This document shows positions 39,301 to 53,208 of a stretch of DNA of 64,000 nt, piece after piece. The notes beneath the pieces are model-generated. The model was not told the DNA's origin. It saw only the letters and a program-made list of their open reading frames with translations, and searched no databases. Made by a program: the position numbers and the translations under genes. This DNA comes from Auanema rhodensis (Eukaryota > Animalia > Nematoda): NCBI GenBank assembly GCA_964057225.1, contig OZ059895.1, positions 7,192,001-7,256,000 of the forward strand, given 5' to 3'. Numbering within the stretch: position 1 is the first letter of the stretch; each line of letters begins with the position of its first letter.

Positions 39301-42300
39301 CAACTGACTTAATCGCTTTGCAATAAGCTTTAAAGGGTATGTTTCGAACATCAGAAGATAATTTTTGCATAAAAGAATAAATATACTAGATAAATAGTGG
39401 AAGAAGAAGAAGAAGAAGATATTCAGAAGATTTTGTTGAAAATAAAGATAAATATACTATTAACTATATATATATACACATATCTATATAAAAAAACTAT
39501 GATGTCATGTACATATATTATATATAAAATTTAAGAAGAAAAAAACTTTTTTTTTACTAATCAAATAGTTAAAGGTCTGTTTTTTTATAAAAATTGACAG
39601 AGAATAAGATCAAGAAACTAGAAAATTCAAAGTTACATAAATGAACATTAAAAGAATATATACATATATTGGTTAAGATTGGTCTATGAATATTAATCAG
39701 ATAAAAGCTTGAAAAGCTTCAAATATAAAGATTAAAAAGATCTAAAGTTCAATTATATTTAATTTATAAAGATTTTCATATAAACTATATGTTTTAGAAT
39801 AAATTGAAAAAATAATTTTTGACATAAAAATTGATATAAATAACAAATTTTTAATCTCACAATCCTATATGAACTATAAAATAAAAATAAATATTATTTA
39901 AAGAATCAATAATAAAAATTATTATTATTATTAAAATGAAAATAATATTTATTTTTAATTTTATTAATTTAATTTTGAAATAGTAAACGTGTTTGAATAT
40001 CAATATTGAGTTCTTTACATAATCATTTGATTTTCTTACCTTTTAGATAACTCAATAATTGCCCGAATAATACAAATAAGGATGTTGAATGTGGTTGAAA
40101 ACATATAATATTTCCAATATTCCCAAATTATAATTGGAAAAACGTTAATTCTGGTCAGCTTTGTGTGTTAACAATGTTGCCAAGATTCAAAAATGCACTT
40201 TTGTCTTTGTCTCCTCTGTGTCATGCTTTGCCTCCATCCAATATTATTTTTGTAGATTTCTCTAAAATCTCTCAGATATGAATAATATTTTTTCATTTCA
40301 TTGTTTCACTTTTGTTGAAAAATTGACTTCAATGTCAGCTGATGCCGTGTTGGCTTGCTGTTGTATCTTTAGAAGGTTATTGCCATCATGTAATGATGAT
40401 GGTGATCTAGACAAGAAAAAGATTGAAATATCGAAACAGTGTGACCAAAAGAAAATGAAAAAATTAAAATTAAAAAGAAGAAGAAGATGATGACGATGAT
40501 TCGTTTTACCCTTTTTAGCTTTAATGGCAAGTAAGAAAATAAAAAAAGAAGATAAAAATCAGTTAAATGAATGAATGAATGTTATGTTGACATATAAAAA
40601 TAAAAACAAAAGAAACATCGACAATGCGATAAGCTTTAATGCTCAAAAAAAGTTTTTATTTCTTTTTTTTTAAATATAAAAATAAATTATTTTGTTATCT
40701 TTTTAACTACTATACTCTTATAGTTTATCTCAACTATCCTTCTTTTCTTGTTCTTCTTCCTCTTTTATTTTATTTAAAAAAAAAAAATAAAATAATATTC
40801 GTATAATTATACAAATTTTTTAAAATTTTAAAATAAATAAATAACTGTTTATCCAATATTTCATCTTTATTTTCTTTTACAGTTGCTTATCTTTACGAAT
40901 GTTTTTAATCAATTTTTCACCTTTTATCTTATTCGCTTTTCATTCTATTTAGAGATTTTTCATTTATGAATTTTCTTATCAATCATAACATTTACTTGCT
41001 TGATATGATGAGAGTAAAATTTTAAAATTAAAAATAATTTTCTTAATAAAATAATTAATTTTTTCAATAAAAAAATTATAAAATATTCTTATAATATATA
41101 ATATATTATATTAAATATAATATTATTAATTATATCTTAAAATAGAAAATAAAATATGTAAAAATGTTCAAATATCTCTTAAATGGATATGTGATTTAAG
41201 GGGAAAAAATTCAAATTTTTTGAGATAATTAAGTAAAAAATTGAAAATTCTTGTTCACGTTTTCCCTTTACACAATGATCTTTATATTTTTGAGGTAATT
41301 CTTGTAAAGTTTGAAGATAAACGTCATAAGATCGTGAGAAATACGTTGAAATATGAAGCGAAAACTAGAATAAGTTTGTAAAGGAATAGTATTATATGTA
41401 TGTTGAAATAAAGAAATATATATATATGAGAAAATAAATAAAAAAAGAAGATCAGAAGTTCATATGTATTCTTTAGTTTTTAAATTCGAATGAATGAGAA
41501 TGAATGAATGATAAGAAAAAATAAATTTTCAGATCATATAAGGTGTAGCAAGATGATCAGTTGGCAAAATATAAAGGTTAAAATAAAAATTGTCTATGAT
41601 TAACAATTGAAAAACAAAAATAAAAAATATGAAAAACGTTTTTTACAAAAGAAAAAATTTCATATAATCAGTATAGTATATCATATAATATATATATATA
41701 TATATTAAAAGAAATTATAAATTATATAATAAATAAAATATTTTCATATAGTTTATCATATCTCAATTGGGAATTGACTTCAACTTAGAAGCTTGATTAT
41801 CCGATGACATGCTTAATGCTCATTCAAGTAGATCTATATGAATGTTATCTCTTGGGAATATTATAATATATGGAAAATAAGTATTACTATATGTACACGT
41901 GTATAGTTATAATAATAATAATAATGATATATATTGATTATATATGAAATGAATAATGAAAAAAAACTTTTTTTTTTCAAATTCACGTATAGTTAATTAG
42001 AATATTTATGGAATAGTTAAGTTTATTTTAAAAATTAAACGCATATGATTCGGTTGGTTTTTGTACTTTCAGTATAATATTCTATTCATATTTATTTGTA
42101 TTATTAATTATTATATTATATACATATGTATATAATAATAATAATAATGTTTGTATATTTTATTAAAATATTCAAATAATATTAATTTTTAGAAAAAGTT
42201 ATATACAAAGTAAGTTTTTAATATAATAAATGATATGAATATACATATATAATCATGTTATAGTATATTTAACTATATAGTACAGTTTCATATATGATTC

Positions 42301-42772
42301 GTGACTATATCATTGTTATATTAGCTTTTCCCAACTTCATTCATTGAATAGAGTATATAGTATATGTGTGTGTGTGTGAATTCTTTAAAGTTTAAATTCA
42401 ATCTGCATAGGTAGCTTCAGGCAATACCACTTCTCATGTTCCCATTACTTCATTCATTCAATTCATTCAATTTATTCTCATCTTTATTTTCTTTTTAAGA
42501 AATAGAGTTTGATCAAGAGAGATAGACAGAAAGAGATATAGAGAGAAAAAGAAGAAAATCTTAATATTGGAAGCTAAAGATCAGTTGAATAGTACCCCGA
42601 CTGTCTTGAAAGTGCAAGTAAGCGACGCATTCTGAGATATTTTATTCGTCGAATACTTTAAGCAGCAGCGACGTCTAACATGATGGTATCATCTCCTTCT
42701 TACTACTGTCGTCCACGGCTACAGCAAGAAAATTCGCATATTTCATGGGAAGTTGATTACCATCGAGAGAAA

Positions 42773-42775
<3 letters not shown>

Positions 42776-42824
<49 letters not shown>
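42776..42824. repeat. (GA)n microsatellite
   Basis: Perfect GA run. Confidence 0.95.
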
Positions 42825-42828
<4 letters not shown>

Positions 42829-43420
42829 GAGAGAGAGAAAGGGAGAGAAGATGTTCTGCATTGTACTGTTTTTTTCAATGAACGTGGATCAAGTTAATTG
42901 GCTTTAATTCATTTCTGGGTCGAACTAATTCAACCATCCGTTACATACATATGTACTATGTATATGTGTGACCATAAGTAAGGGCAGTTGTGTATGATCA
43001 GCACTGCAGCCTCATCTACATCAGTTGTATTCAGATGATGGTGGCTGGATGGCTGCCGTGACCTCTTTGTATGGCGTTCAGTCCTTTAATAATCAAATAA
43101 ATGAGAGCGCTTCTCCTTCATAGTGACAGAGCGACACGTATAGTTGAAACTAAGTAAATATCCGAAAAGTCTATTGTATTCTCTTCCTCTCTCTCTCTCT
43201 TTTTTCTCTATCTCTCTTCATAATTTGTAAACTCTCTTTCTACTGTTTAACATTAGAAGAGAAGAAACAAAGAAGGAGAGAGAGATCTTAACTATCACGT
43301 CATATTTCTGCTTTCTACTTGTTTTCTGTAGAAAATGGTCAAAAGCAACAGGTAGCAAGAATTAGAAGAGAAAGAGCTTCTCTTCCACCGTTTACTATCT
43401 CTTCTCTGACCCTTCCCTTT

Positions 43421-43451
<31 letters not shown>

Positions 43452-44848
43452 GCTCAACAGAGAGACCTGATACTGCTCTGTTTAGTATTTCCTCTATATC
43501 TTTAGCGCATTCATCCCAACTAGTTCACCGATATGGTATTAAAGCCAGCTGAGCAGGTCAACTGCAACACCAAACAGCAACACCGAATGGATAGACAGAC
43601 TGAGTGACAGGTTGACCAATCTAAGCGCAAACCTGCTCAGCAAGTAAGGCTTCTTGATTAAGCTGATTGCACTTTGCCTATTACTCGCTACATATGCGGT
43701 AAGCTGAGACTATGTTTGAGAGGCCTACTTAGGAATCGAATTCAACGTACATACTGTTGGATCCTGGCAATTGCCGCCTCATTTCACCAACATCAAAACC
43801 TAAGGTAATTATATTGAAAGCTTTTAAGAAGAAATGCAAAAAAAACATTGAAACATCTTTCTCTAAGTCATATTTGTCATGAAAAGCTTAAGATGGTCAT
43901 GGGAATTTAGTGGTTGAACCAACATCTGGCTGGCCAAATGAGATTCAACCAGATGACCATTGGATACATGCTTATGTATTCATGAGAATGTAGTGTATTC
44001 TTCTCAATGTATGACAAGATTGACATTTTCATGATAAAATTGGAATAAAGTTTGTTGATATTTGTATTTTGATAAATATATTTATAGTATATATCTTAAC
44101 TATATGATATAAATATATAATTATATCAAATCTATATTATATGTATATAGCTTAACGATCATCAGATACATGAAGATGTATGTAGATGTCATAGTTGAAA
44201 TTGCATCATTCTTGTCAACATCGTCAGCTCTCTTAACTTGACCGGATCTCTCAACTTCTTAAATCTTCCTTCATCATGTAAGCTTGATTTGAGATTGCTA
44301 TATAGATGAAGTAACTCATCTATTTCACATATAAATAGGAAAAATCAGTTTAGAGTTTAGAGAATATTAGATGGAAACGTATTAACTATACGATATAGTT
44401 AACTGACTTTCCTTGATCTGATTGAAAGCTGAATAAATGAAATAGAATGAGTGTGGAACGGCAATAAAGATAGAGAATGGATGAGAGAGATGGAGAGAAA
44501 GATGATTTGAGGCGAGAGCACAAGGAAATTTGTAATTTTCTGATCTCTTGTTCTGCTGCCAATGGCTTGTGGCCTTGTAAGTCAATCTCCCTTATAAAGA
44601 CTTTGGACAATTCAAAGAAGGGAGAGAGCGAGAAAGAGAGAGAGAGAGAAAGAAAGAAAGAAAGAGAGAATGAGAGAGGAATTAACAAAGTTCAAGTCAC
44701 TGACGATTCCCTCTTCTCGTTTACTTTTAATTCCATTTAAAGCCTTACGCCCTCGTTAACAGATTTGCCACCATCGTGGAATGTATTCTTATATGATCAC
44801 TGTCTTTAAAATCCTCATCAGTATTTTCTTTGTCGTCGCGCTTGACTT

Positions 44849-44864
44849 GGGGGGGGGGGGGGGG
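44849..44864 (+). repeat. poly-G tract (G16), G-quadruplex-capable
   Basis: 16 consecutive G. Confidence 0.9.
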
Positions 44865-45584
44865 TCTTGAGGTCGTTTGGCAGTGTACCCCCACCCAAAA
44901 TAGGATCAACTAATCTTCTCATACATATTCTCTCATCGAAAAATGCATTTCTTTGCTTTTCATGCAATGATTGACCTCTTTTCAAGCTCTTCCGTTTACC
45001 TCTTGTCCTTTTTTCTCTCGGCATTTCGTCCAGCTTTTGCTTATCGCATCAGAAACGGGAGGGAGAAGGCGATCGCGACACGTCATGTCGTCAATCGTCT
45101 GAGTAAAACTGAAGACTCTGGGAGAGGCTCTACGTTTTCTCGTAGCCTTGTCTCTTATGAGAAGCCAACAATTCCGTAATAGCACCGTTGCGAAACAAGA
45201 GAGACAAAAGAAAACGAGGCAAAAGAGAAATGGGATAGAAATAAAGAGGCGGAGCTTCGTCTAGGTTTTAGCTCCGCCCACGAGCACGATGTGCTTGGAA
45301 CATCATCTATGGGCAACTGCTGTGCGCGAATATAACTGATAGATTTGTGAAAACTTTTTGGTTTTCTTCAAAACTTTTCAAGAATTTCGACCAATAATTC
45401 AAATCTTTAGCAGCGCTATTAACCACTGCTATGAGATAGTATTCTCAGATTGTTGAAAGCCATTAAGCCTCTGACAGTCTCTCAGACAACTATCATACAT
45501 TCCATTCATTCATTTCATATTTAAAACTTTAATATCCAACTTATTCTCTTGTTGTCTATCAACTTGATTATATTCTCAAAGAAA

Positions 45585-46404
45585 ATGACTCAAAATCTAT
45601 CTATAATACTATTATTACTATTATCAATACAGTATCAGTTAGCTAATGCTATAAGCTGTCTAGTTATTCGACCGGGTAAGTATAAAAAACTTTATTTTTC
45701 TTAATATTATACATATATATTTAAATATTTCATTTATTAATTATAAATTATAAGATATAGTAAAGAATTCTACTCACATAGTTAAATATGTTTTCCGTTT
45801 CAAGTGTTTTGTCTTCTGCTCTCTGTTTGTATCTGAGATCTTCAACATTATCATCTTCATCTACTACCTTTAGTCATTCATCTCAACCACTTATATACAT
45901 GTATATACATTGAAAAATGTATTATAATCTTTAAATATATAGTTATACTAACTATATCTAACTATATATAAAACTATTTTTTTTTGTTAAATATTGATTA
46001 GTTAATAGACAATTATAGTTTATACACAATAAATAAAATACAAGAAAAGAAATATAAGACGAATGCATAAATGTCCAGATTTTCATGAGCTCAAACTGCA
46101 AGAGAATGAGCGAAATAGAAGAAATTCGATACAAATCTTATATTTCTATTTCTTTTTCTCTATTTCTCTTATTATCTTCCTGTAATATTATTTCTTTTCA
46201 CTGTTATTTCAATATTCTATGATATACACATGTATATGTATGTATATCATCTACCAAAAGATGTAAAACTAATTGAATTTAAAGAAAGAAAGAAGAAAAA
46301 TATTTTATTTTCTATATTATATGATATATTTCATGAATATAGATATGCAATTGACTACCACTTGAATCATGCCAAAAGAAACATGCTCTGATTCATATCA
46401 AAAT

Positions 46405-46462
<58 letters not shown>

Positions 46463-49400
46463 TGCCTTGTGCTAAAACCTTTTTTTCCCAAATATTCAGA
46501 GAATAGAATGATGTAGAAAGAGGGCAGCATTATTCAATATACCTATGCTCTTTCTATTTCCTTTACTATCGCATCAAATATCTTTTCTCATTCTTTTGTT
46601 TCTTCCTGCCGTTCCGAATGTTTTTTTTTCGACCATGATTCAGGACATCCTCAGTAGCATTTCATTTCCTTTCGTGATTTATATTTCTTTTTCAAATGTT
46701 TCCAATTCATTAATAATAAAATAAAATTCTTATATAAATTTAAAAAAAAAAGAAAAAAGAAAGGAAATTCTCAGTGTTTTTTTTTAAATTTCATAATCCG
46801 ATTAGAGCGAAGATGAAATGTAAGATTAAGGAGTATCAAAAGGAGGAAGTTGATTGATTCTAAAAACTCTCTCACTCTCTCTCTCTCTCTCTCACTCTCT
46901 CTATCTCTCTTTACAAATAAATGTCTTATTCTTAGTTTAAGAGAGATGTATATATGTATGTATACCATTATAGTTTGGCTATATGCCAAGTATTTTCAAC
47001 CTATTCTGAATCATCTTTTGATATTATGTATTGACATTCACTATTGTATATTGATGATACACGTATATTACGTGAATATAATCATCCTAATATACAATCA
47101 ATTCAATTCAATTTATAAATCTTTATATAAAAGATTTCTTAACTATAATTTATTATAACAATAGTTAGATATACATATATACTTGTAATATATTTCATTC
47201 AATTCTAATATAATCTAATATGGTATAAACATTTCATTTTTTTCCTGTTTATATCATATAATATATTGAATAATAATAATAATAATTATTATTATTTATT
47301 TTCTTCTTCTAACCCTATATTTCTCATTTTATTCATCTCTACAATGAATTCAAGCTTATACATTGTCATCTGTCTTCTGTTTGTTAAAGCCGAAACCCAA
47401 CCTACGATGACATTCAAATTCACTCCTACTGACGCTGTCATCGGTCGGCTTCAACTGACCCTTAACCAAATTGGCAGATTCAGATAATGGAAGAAGACGA
47501 AGAAGAAAAACGAAAATATGAACGCAACTTAGTGAAGATTTCAAGTTCAGTTGTTGTTGTGTTGATGATGATATCTATTTACATTTTGCCTTTATACGTC
47601 AACTTCATCTCCTTTTCGGCCACAATCTGTTGTTTCATTCTACTCTCGTTGCCTAAAGTTGACGAAAAAAATACGAAAAATTTCGTTTTCAAATATAATT
47701 CGATGGGTGCAGGAAGTCAAGAAGCAAAAAAAGGGAATATAATTGCTTTTGACGGACTGATGTGTCTCGTTCATAAACTTTGTAAAAGCCCCCAGGGCAT
47801 GTTCGTCTACAAATGATTCATCTGTATACGAAAAAAATACAAAGAGCTAACGACAGACAGATGAACGCACATGTAGTCAAAAAGTTGAGGACCATAGAAA
47901 CATATGCTATTTGTCTTCTTAAATAGCTAATTCTTATACTATGGTCACCACTGTTCATTTTTTGACATGTTAAACGGACTTTTATTGCAAAATCTCAAAA
48001 ATATTTGATAAGCAATCAATATTTCACGTAAATAATTTTATTGTTCACGTGATATTTATAATTATAATATATGCTAATCTTATATAATATAGATGAGTGT
48101 TAAAGACGTACTGAATGGTTGATTACTTCTGCTGATTCATACACATCATTCTTCTGTCAGCCGAAATAAAAGAAGCATTTTTTCAGCAATTTAAACCAAT
48201 TCATATATCTAACTATATATATATATATATACAAATATAGTATATATAGTATATATAGCAACTACTAGTATCCATATACATCCTACACTCTTCCTCTTTT
48301 AAAATCCAGCTATTCGATTCATGTAGCCGTTGCCGTTGTCGTCAACTTCCTTCCGTTCAAAAGGCTTTGACGAAAAAGAAGAAGAAGAAGAAGACATCTT
48401 CAGATGATTCACAAGAATCTTGTAGCGTTGTCATGCTTCCATCTAGCATTACATCTCAAACTAAAGAATTCCAACTTATCAAGCATAATCTTTCAGCAAA
48501 ATGTATATACATACATACATACATATGCATATATATATCAGCTGATGTTATTATAAACTTTTTAAAAATGAAAAATTCGATTTTTGAAATATTCAGCCTT
48601 TGGGTTTTATATCTAAAACTTGCGTCATGTCTCTCTCTTCATCTCCCAGTCATCTTCACGTTGATATTTTGACATTTGATGTGAAGCCGATAACAAAATG
48701 CCTAAGGCTTCTATAGAAAGCTTATACAAAAAGCTTCTATTTCCTTTCGTTTTGTTTCAATTTTTGAAGGCTATAGCTTCTGGTTGGCTTTTGACAGAAC
48801 ATGATGAGCATGGCTGCTCTTGATGACCAATAGCGTATACATCTCAACGAGATTCAGATAGAAAACTTGTCAAAAATAAGAAAAAAGAAAACTTACAACA
48901 CAATATTATGCTTCAAGTTATAATAAATTGAAACTTAACTATATACTATATAGTTAAGATCAAAAAAAGAAATTTAAATTCATTAACTAATTTTTAAGTT
49001 TATTAAGCTTATTGTTAGAATATGAAATGAATGTTACTTTGAATATTTGAAATAGCCATCACCTCTATACAACTTGCTTCTACTTCAAACTTGATTAACA
49101 ATGATTTCAAGAGTAATTAGGGCGATTGGAAAGTTTGTCGACAACACTCCAATTTATGATTATACTAAATACAACAGGGCGAAAAACCTCTGTAAAGAGG
49201 AAAAGGAAAGAAAAAAGTAGGGTTGGGAGTGAATAGAGCATAATCTCATCAGGTTTTTTCTTTAAAAAAAAACTTATTTTAGCTTTTCAGCTCAGTATTA
49301 TAGCTTTTCTTGTTCGTCAAATAGAGAGAAAGATGTCATGATTAGGATCTTCAAGACTCCATTGAGTATAAACATAGAAATTGTATTTTGCTTCTGTTTC

Positions 49401-52400
49401 CTTTTGGCTATTCAATACTTAAATTGTCTAAAAAAAAACTTTGCGGCCAGCTTCTAGCTTTTAAGTTTGAACCCCTTAGCCTTTCCTTCTTTTTTTTGGA
49501 AAAAATTTTATACATAAAATACTTTTCATGTCCTTTTTCATATGTCCTTTTACCAAATATTCTTCAAATATTCGTCGTAATGTTCTTCTTAAAGCCATGA
49601 ATTTTGAAGTAGACGTATGAAACCTAATGATTCATCATTTTCTTTTGACGGAGAAACTTCATGAAACTTAGAAACGGAGTGAAGCTTCTCGTTGCAACAA
49701 TATCCAAATGTTTCTGAAGAACAAGTGCCATATGTGAAGCTGAATTTCCTATGAGAATCGAGTCATCGTCGCCATCGTTCCCGTTATTGTCAATATGCAC
49801 GCTAAGTCAGTAGTCAGTTAGCTTGGATGAGGTCGTTCAATCGTTCTGTCGCCCATCTGAACTCAGCCGATGCTGTTAAATTGAAGGCGAAGATCCAGAG
49901 AGAAGGGCGAGCATGGAACGGAAGAGTCAAGACAAAACGGACGATACTTACATGTAAGCTTGAGATGTGTACATCGTATATGCATGTAGAAGGCTAGTCT
50001 CGCATCTTCTCTTTCCGGATTTCGTAACGCATTCTCTTGAAATCCATGACATAGTACAGACAAATGGATGCAAAAGAAACGAACAGTCAGTTAGATGCTC
50101 TGAAAATTCATTCATGTTGCCTTCAACTTCATTCAGAACACATCAAAGCATTCATATGACCAGTCCTTTCGTTCCGTTTTTGACCGGATTCAGATGAATA
50201 GATTCTGTCATTGTAATAGATGTAACTATATGTATATCTACTATGATGCCTCATTGCTTTCGGCATTAGTTCTACATTCTTCGTTTTTCAATCTGCATAT
50301 TCTAGAATACGCTAGACACTTCATCTGAAGACCATCACAATCTAACATAGATGGAAGGGAACATAGTAGACTCCTAACTATATATCGTTGAAGTTATTTT
50401 TCATCACCAAAAGTCAAATCAACAAATCCTCTCAACGGCTAGCTTTCTCAAATCCCTTGTGCTCTAAGAAGACTAGAAAGAAATTACTACAGATGACTTC
50501 AAATTTTCGAAAATTCTTCCTTTCATTCTGACAAAAATTGATGAAAAAATGTGACTCACAAGCCATATTCTTCTTGATTTTCAACAACAGACAAGAGCAT
50601 GTAGTATTCGGGAACAGGATATATATATATATCTATATACATATATTGCCTCAGGGGGGAAACCACTTTTTCATCCTCGAACACAGAAGAGCATTCAGAT
50701 GATTGATTTGAAAAATTTGTGAAAAGAAAGGGTTGAAAGGCCATAAATGTATATTTTTTTCAAACAAAAACCTTTTTTTTTGACTATTTTTATAAATTAT
50801 AATAATTATTATTATATAATCAATTATTTTCTTTAAAATAGTTTATATGTTGATCGCATATTTGAATGAAATAACAACAAATTTGCTTCTCTAATCAAAA
50901 ATCCAAACGATTAAATGAGGAAATTGGCCATAATTCATGGCTAACAGCATTTTACTAGCCTATCTTGTCTAGATTGTTTCTAATTTCCCAAGAAAAATAT
51001 CCAAAATCCATAAAATCTGCCAATTTAAATTAAAAATCTGCGCAGATTTCAAGAGAGCATTTTCTGGAGCAAAAAAAATTTTTTTAAATATTCAATTTAG
51101 TGGAGCGGCAAAGATCTTAAGAAGTAATATAGTATAAATTATATTTGAGAAACATATAATTATAAATAAATTTATATGATATTGAATAAATAGTATAAAA
51201 TCAACTGAAGAGATAATTCTTCTAAACAATCTTCATTCATTGTCAAATCAATTATGATCATACAAAGGTGATTTAAGCTGTAAAGTTGTAGAAAATGTTG
51301 TAAGAAAGAAATAGTTTTATGAGTTATTTGAAATAGCTAAAACATTTATTTAAATAAATCTCTAAATACAATATAATTCTATTATATCATCTTTAACTGT
51401 TTATTTGTTTACTATATATTGATATATATATATCTTTACTATATTTGGAATAATTAGTAAAATAGCATAAGATTCAATGAGATTATAGAAAAGAAATTGC
51501 CGTTTATTCATAAAAGATTTGTAAATATCTCAGAATGTCTTGTGATTTAATGAGAAAATAAGCTAAACATGCTGTAGCCAGCTGAGCCACATAAGCTCAA
51601 TGTGTCTGCCATCTCTTAAGATATACGTATGAACTATGTATTCTCTATAAGCTATATATATATAGTACAAATATAGAATATATGTATGTGATTGTATTCT
51701 TATTTGAATTTAATTATCAAAATAATATTTTAAAGGGATTTTAATCCCTAAATATACAAATAAATAACTAATTTATTTATAATTTGTATCATTTTTCAAC
51801 TTTAATTATTAAATAATTTGTTTGTTTTTTGAATTAAATGATAATTATTCATTCAAATATTCAATTAATTATATGTATATAATCTTCTTATCTTACTTTC
51901 ATTTCAGGATATGGTCTAGTGCCAGAGAAATGTCCATCAACTGCTATTGGTTGTCGAATTCGCGTTAGCGGAGATCATATTGAATGGTATGAATGGGCTA
52001 AACTATATGATCGAAATCAATTAGTTTGCGTATATCCAGGAGAATATGCAGCTGAAACTGGTAAATATCCAAATAAATAAACAAATAAACAAATAATTAA
52101 TAGGTTGCCAAAGAAAAGCTTCTGGAAATGTACGATGCTGGTGTGGAATCAAAAATAATTGTAATGATGCTGAAACAAGTAAAAATCTGTACGAGGCTTT
52201 CACAACGAACGACAAATCTCGTATGGCTGAGATTGTAAAATATTTGGAAAGCAGTGCAAATGGTGAGATTACAAGAACAATAATTCCAATTATGAGATGT
52301 TTTAAGATAATGAAGATGTTACAACTACAGTAAAAACAATAAAGCCTACAGCTTCTACAAAGCTTCATCGTGTGACATTAAGAAATCGTGAAAAAGTTCA

Positions 52401-53208
52401 TCAAAAAGTTCCAACAACAGAAGCTTCTAAGCCTCAAACTACAACTAAAATCAAAGTATATGATGTAAGTAATGATTTTATATAAATATATATATGTAAC
52501 TATGTATATGTGAAACAGTTATATAATCTTTTAGTTACCACGTAATCCAACACGACTTCCTACTCCAGAATATTATGATGATGAAGAAACAAATGATGTT
52601 GAGGTTACTGTAATCAGAATCTTCTCAAAGTTTTAATTTTATTTTTTTGTTTAGGAACCACGTAATCTTCCAACTGAAAGTGCTTTCGGATTTGATGAAA
52701 CATTCGAAGAAACACGTCGTAAATTGGAACAAGAAATGAGAGAAGAAGATGAACGACTTAAGGAACTTTTAAGAGATGAAGAACGTGAGCTTGAAGATGA
52801 AGAGCCAACAAGACTAGCCAAATCATTCAGTTTAAATGCAAAGAAAAGCCGTTTAAGTGCTAGTGAAAGGTTTTTTTCTACTTTTATGTTATTATTTAAT
52901 ATTGATAATATTGATATAGACGAGATCGTGGACGTGATTCAGAGGAACGAAGAGCCAATCAGGCTGAAGAAGATCGTTTAGCTGATATTGAAAGAGAAGA
53001 AGCTGCAGAAAAAATGAAAAAACTGATTGAACATTCTCGTCAACGTGAAGAAGAACGTCAAGAAGATGATGATGATGACTCAGATGAAGAAGAAGATGAA
53101 GATAAAGCTGAACAGAAGGCTGGATTCGGATTTTCAAAATCATCTCAGATTAATTTCTCTTTCTCTATTACTGTAATGATGATTTTAAGCAAATTCTTAA
53201 TGTTTTAG
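45585..53208 (+). CDS. Secreted, probably GPI-anchored protein: signal peptide, Cys-rich LU/three-finger-like domain, Thr/Pro linker, E/R/K/D-rich stalk
   Basis: Exon 1 45585-45675 (MTQNLSIILLLLLSIQYQLANAISCLVIRP, phase-1 GTAAG donor) joins exon 2 51908-52060 in phase. Further exons at ~52104-52262, 52307-52464, 52534-52603, 52655-52869, 52920-53208. Cys pattern ISC...KCPSTAIGCR...VC...GCQR...RCWCGIKNNCN. Hydrophobic C-terminus FSFSITVMMILSKFLMF. Confidence 0.85.
46410..46458. repeat. (GA)n microsatellite
   Basis: Perfect GA run in intron 1 of the LU-domain gene. Confidence 0.95.

Noticed and set aside
42675-44740. ORFs with RERERE / SLSLSL runs
   Set aside because: Translations of GA/TC microsatellites.
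47487-47816. 109-aa ORF with a hydrophobic segment in the LU-gene intron
   Set aside because: No recognisable family or supporting splice signals. Exon 1 already joins 51908 in phase.
49065-49087. CTATACAAC...CTACTTCA, resembling a let-7 complementary site or let-7 antisense
   Set aside because: Intronic rather than in a 3' UTR, seed imperfect, and no hairpin.
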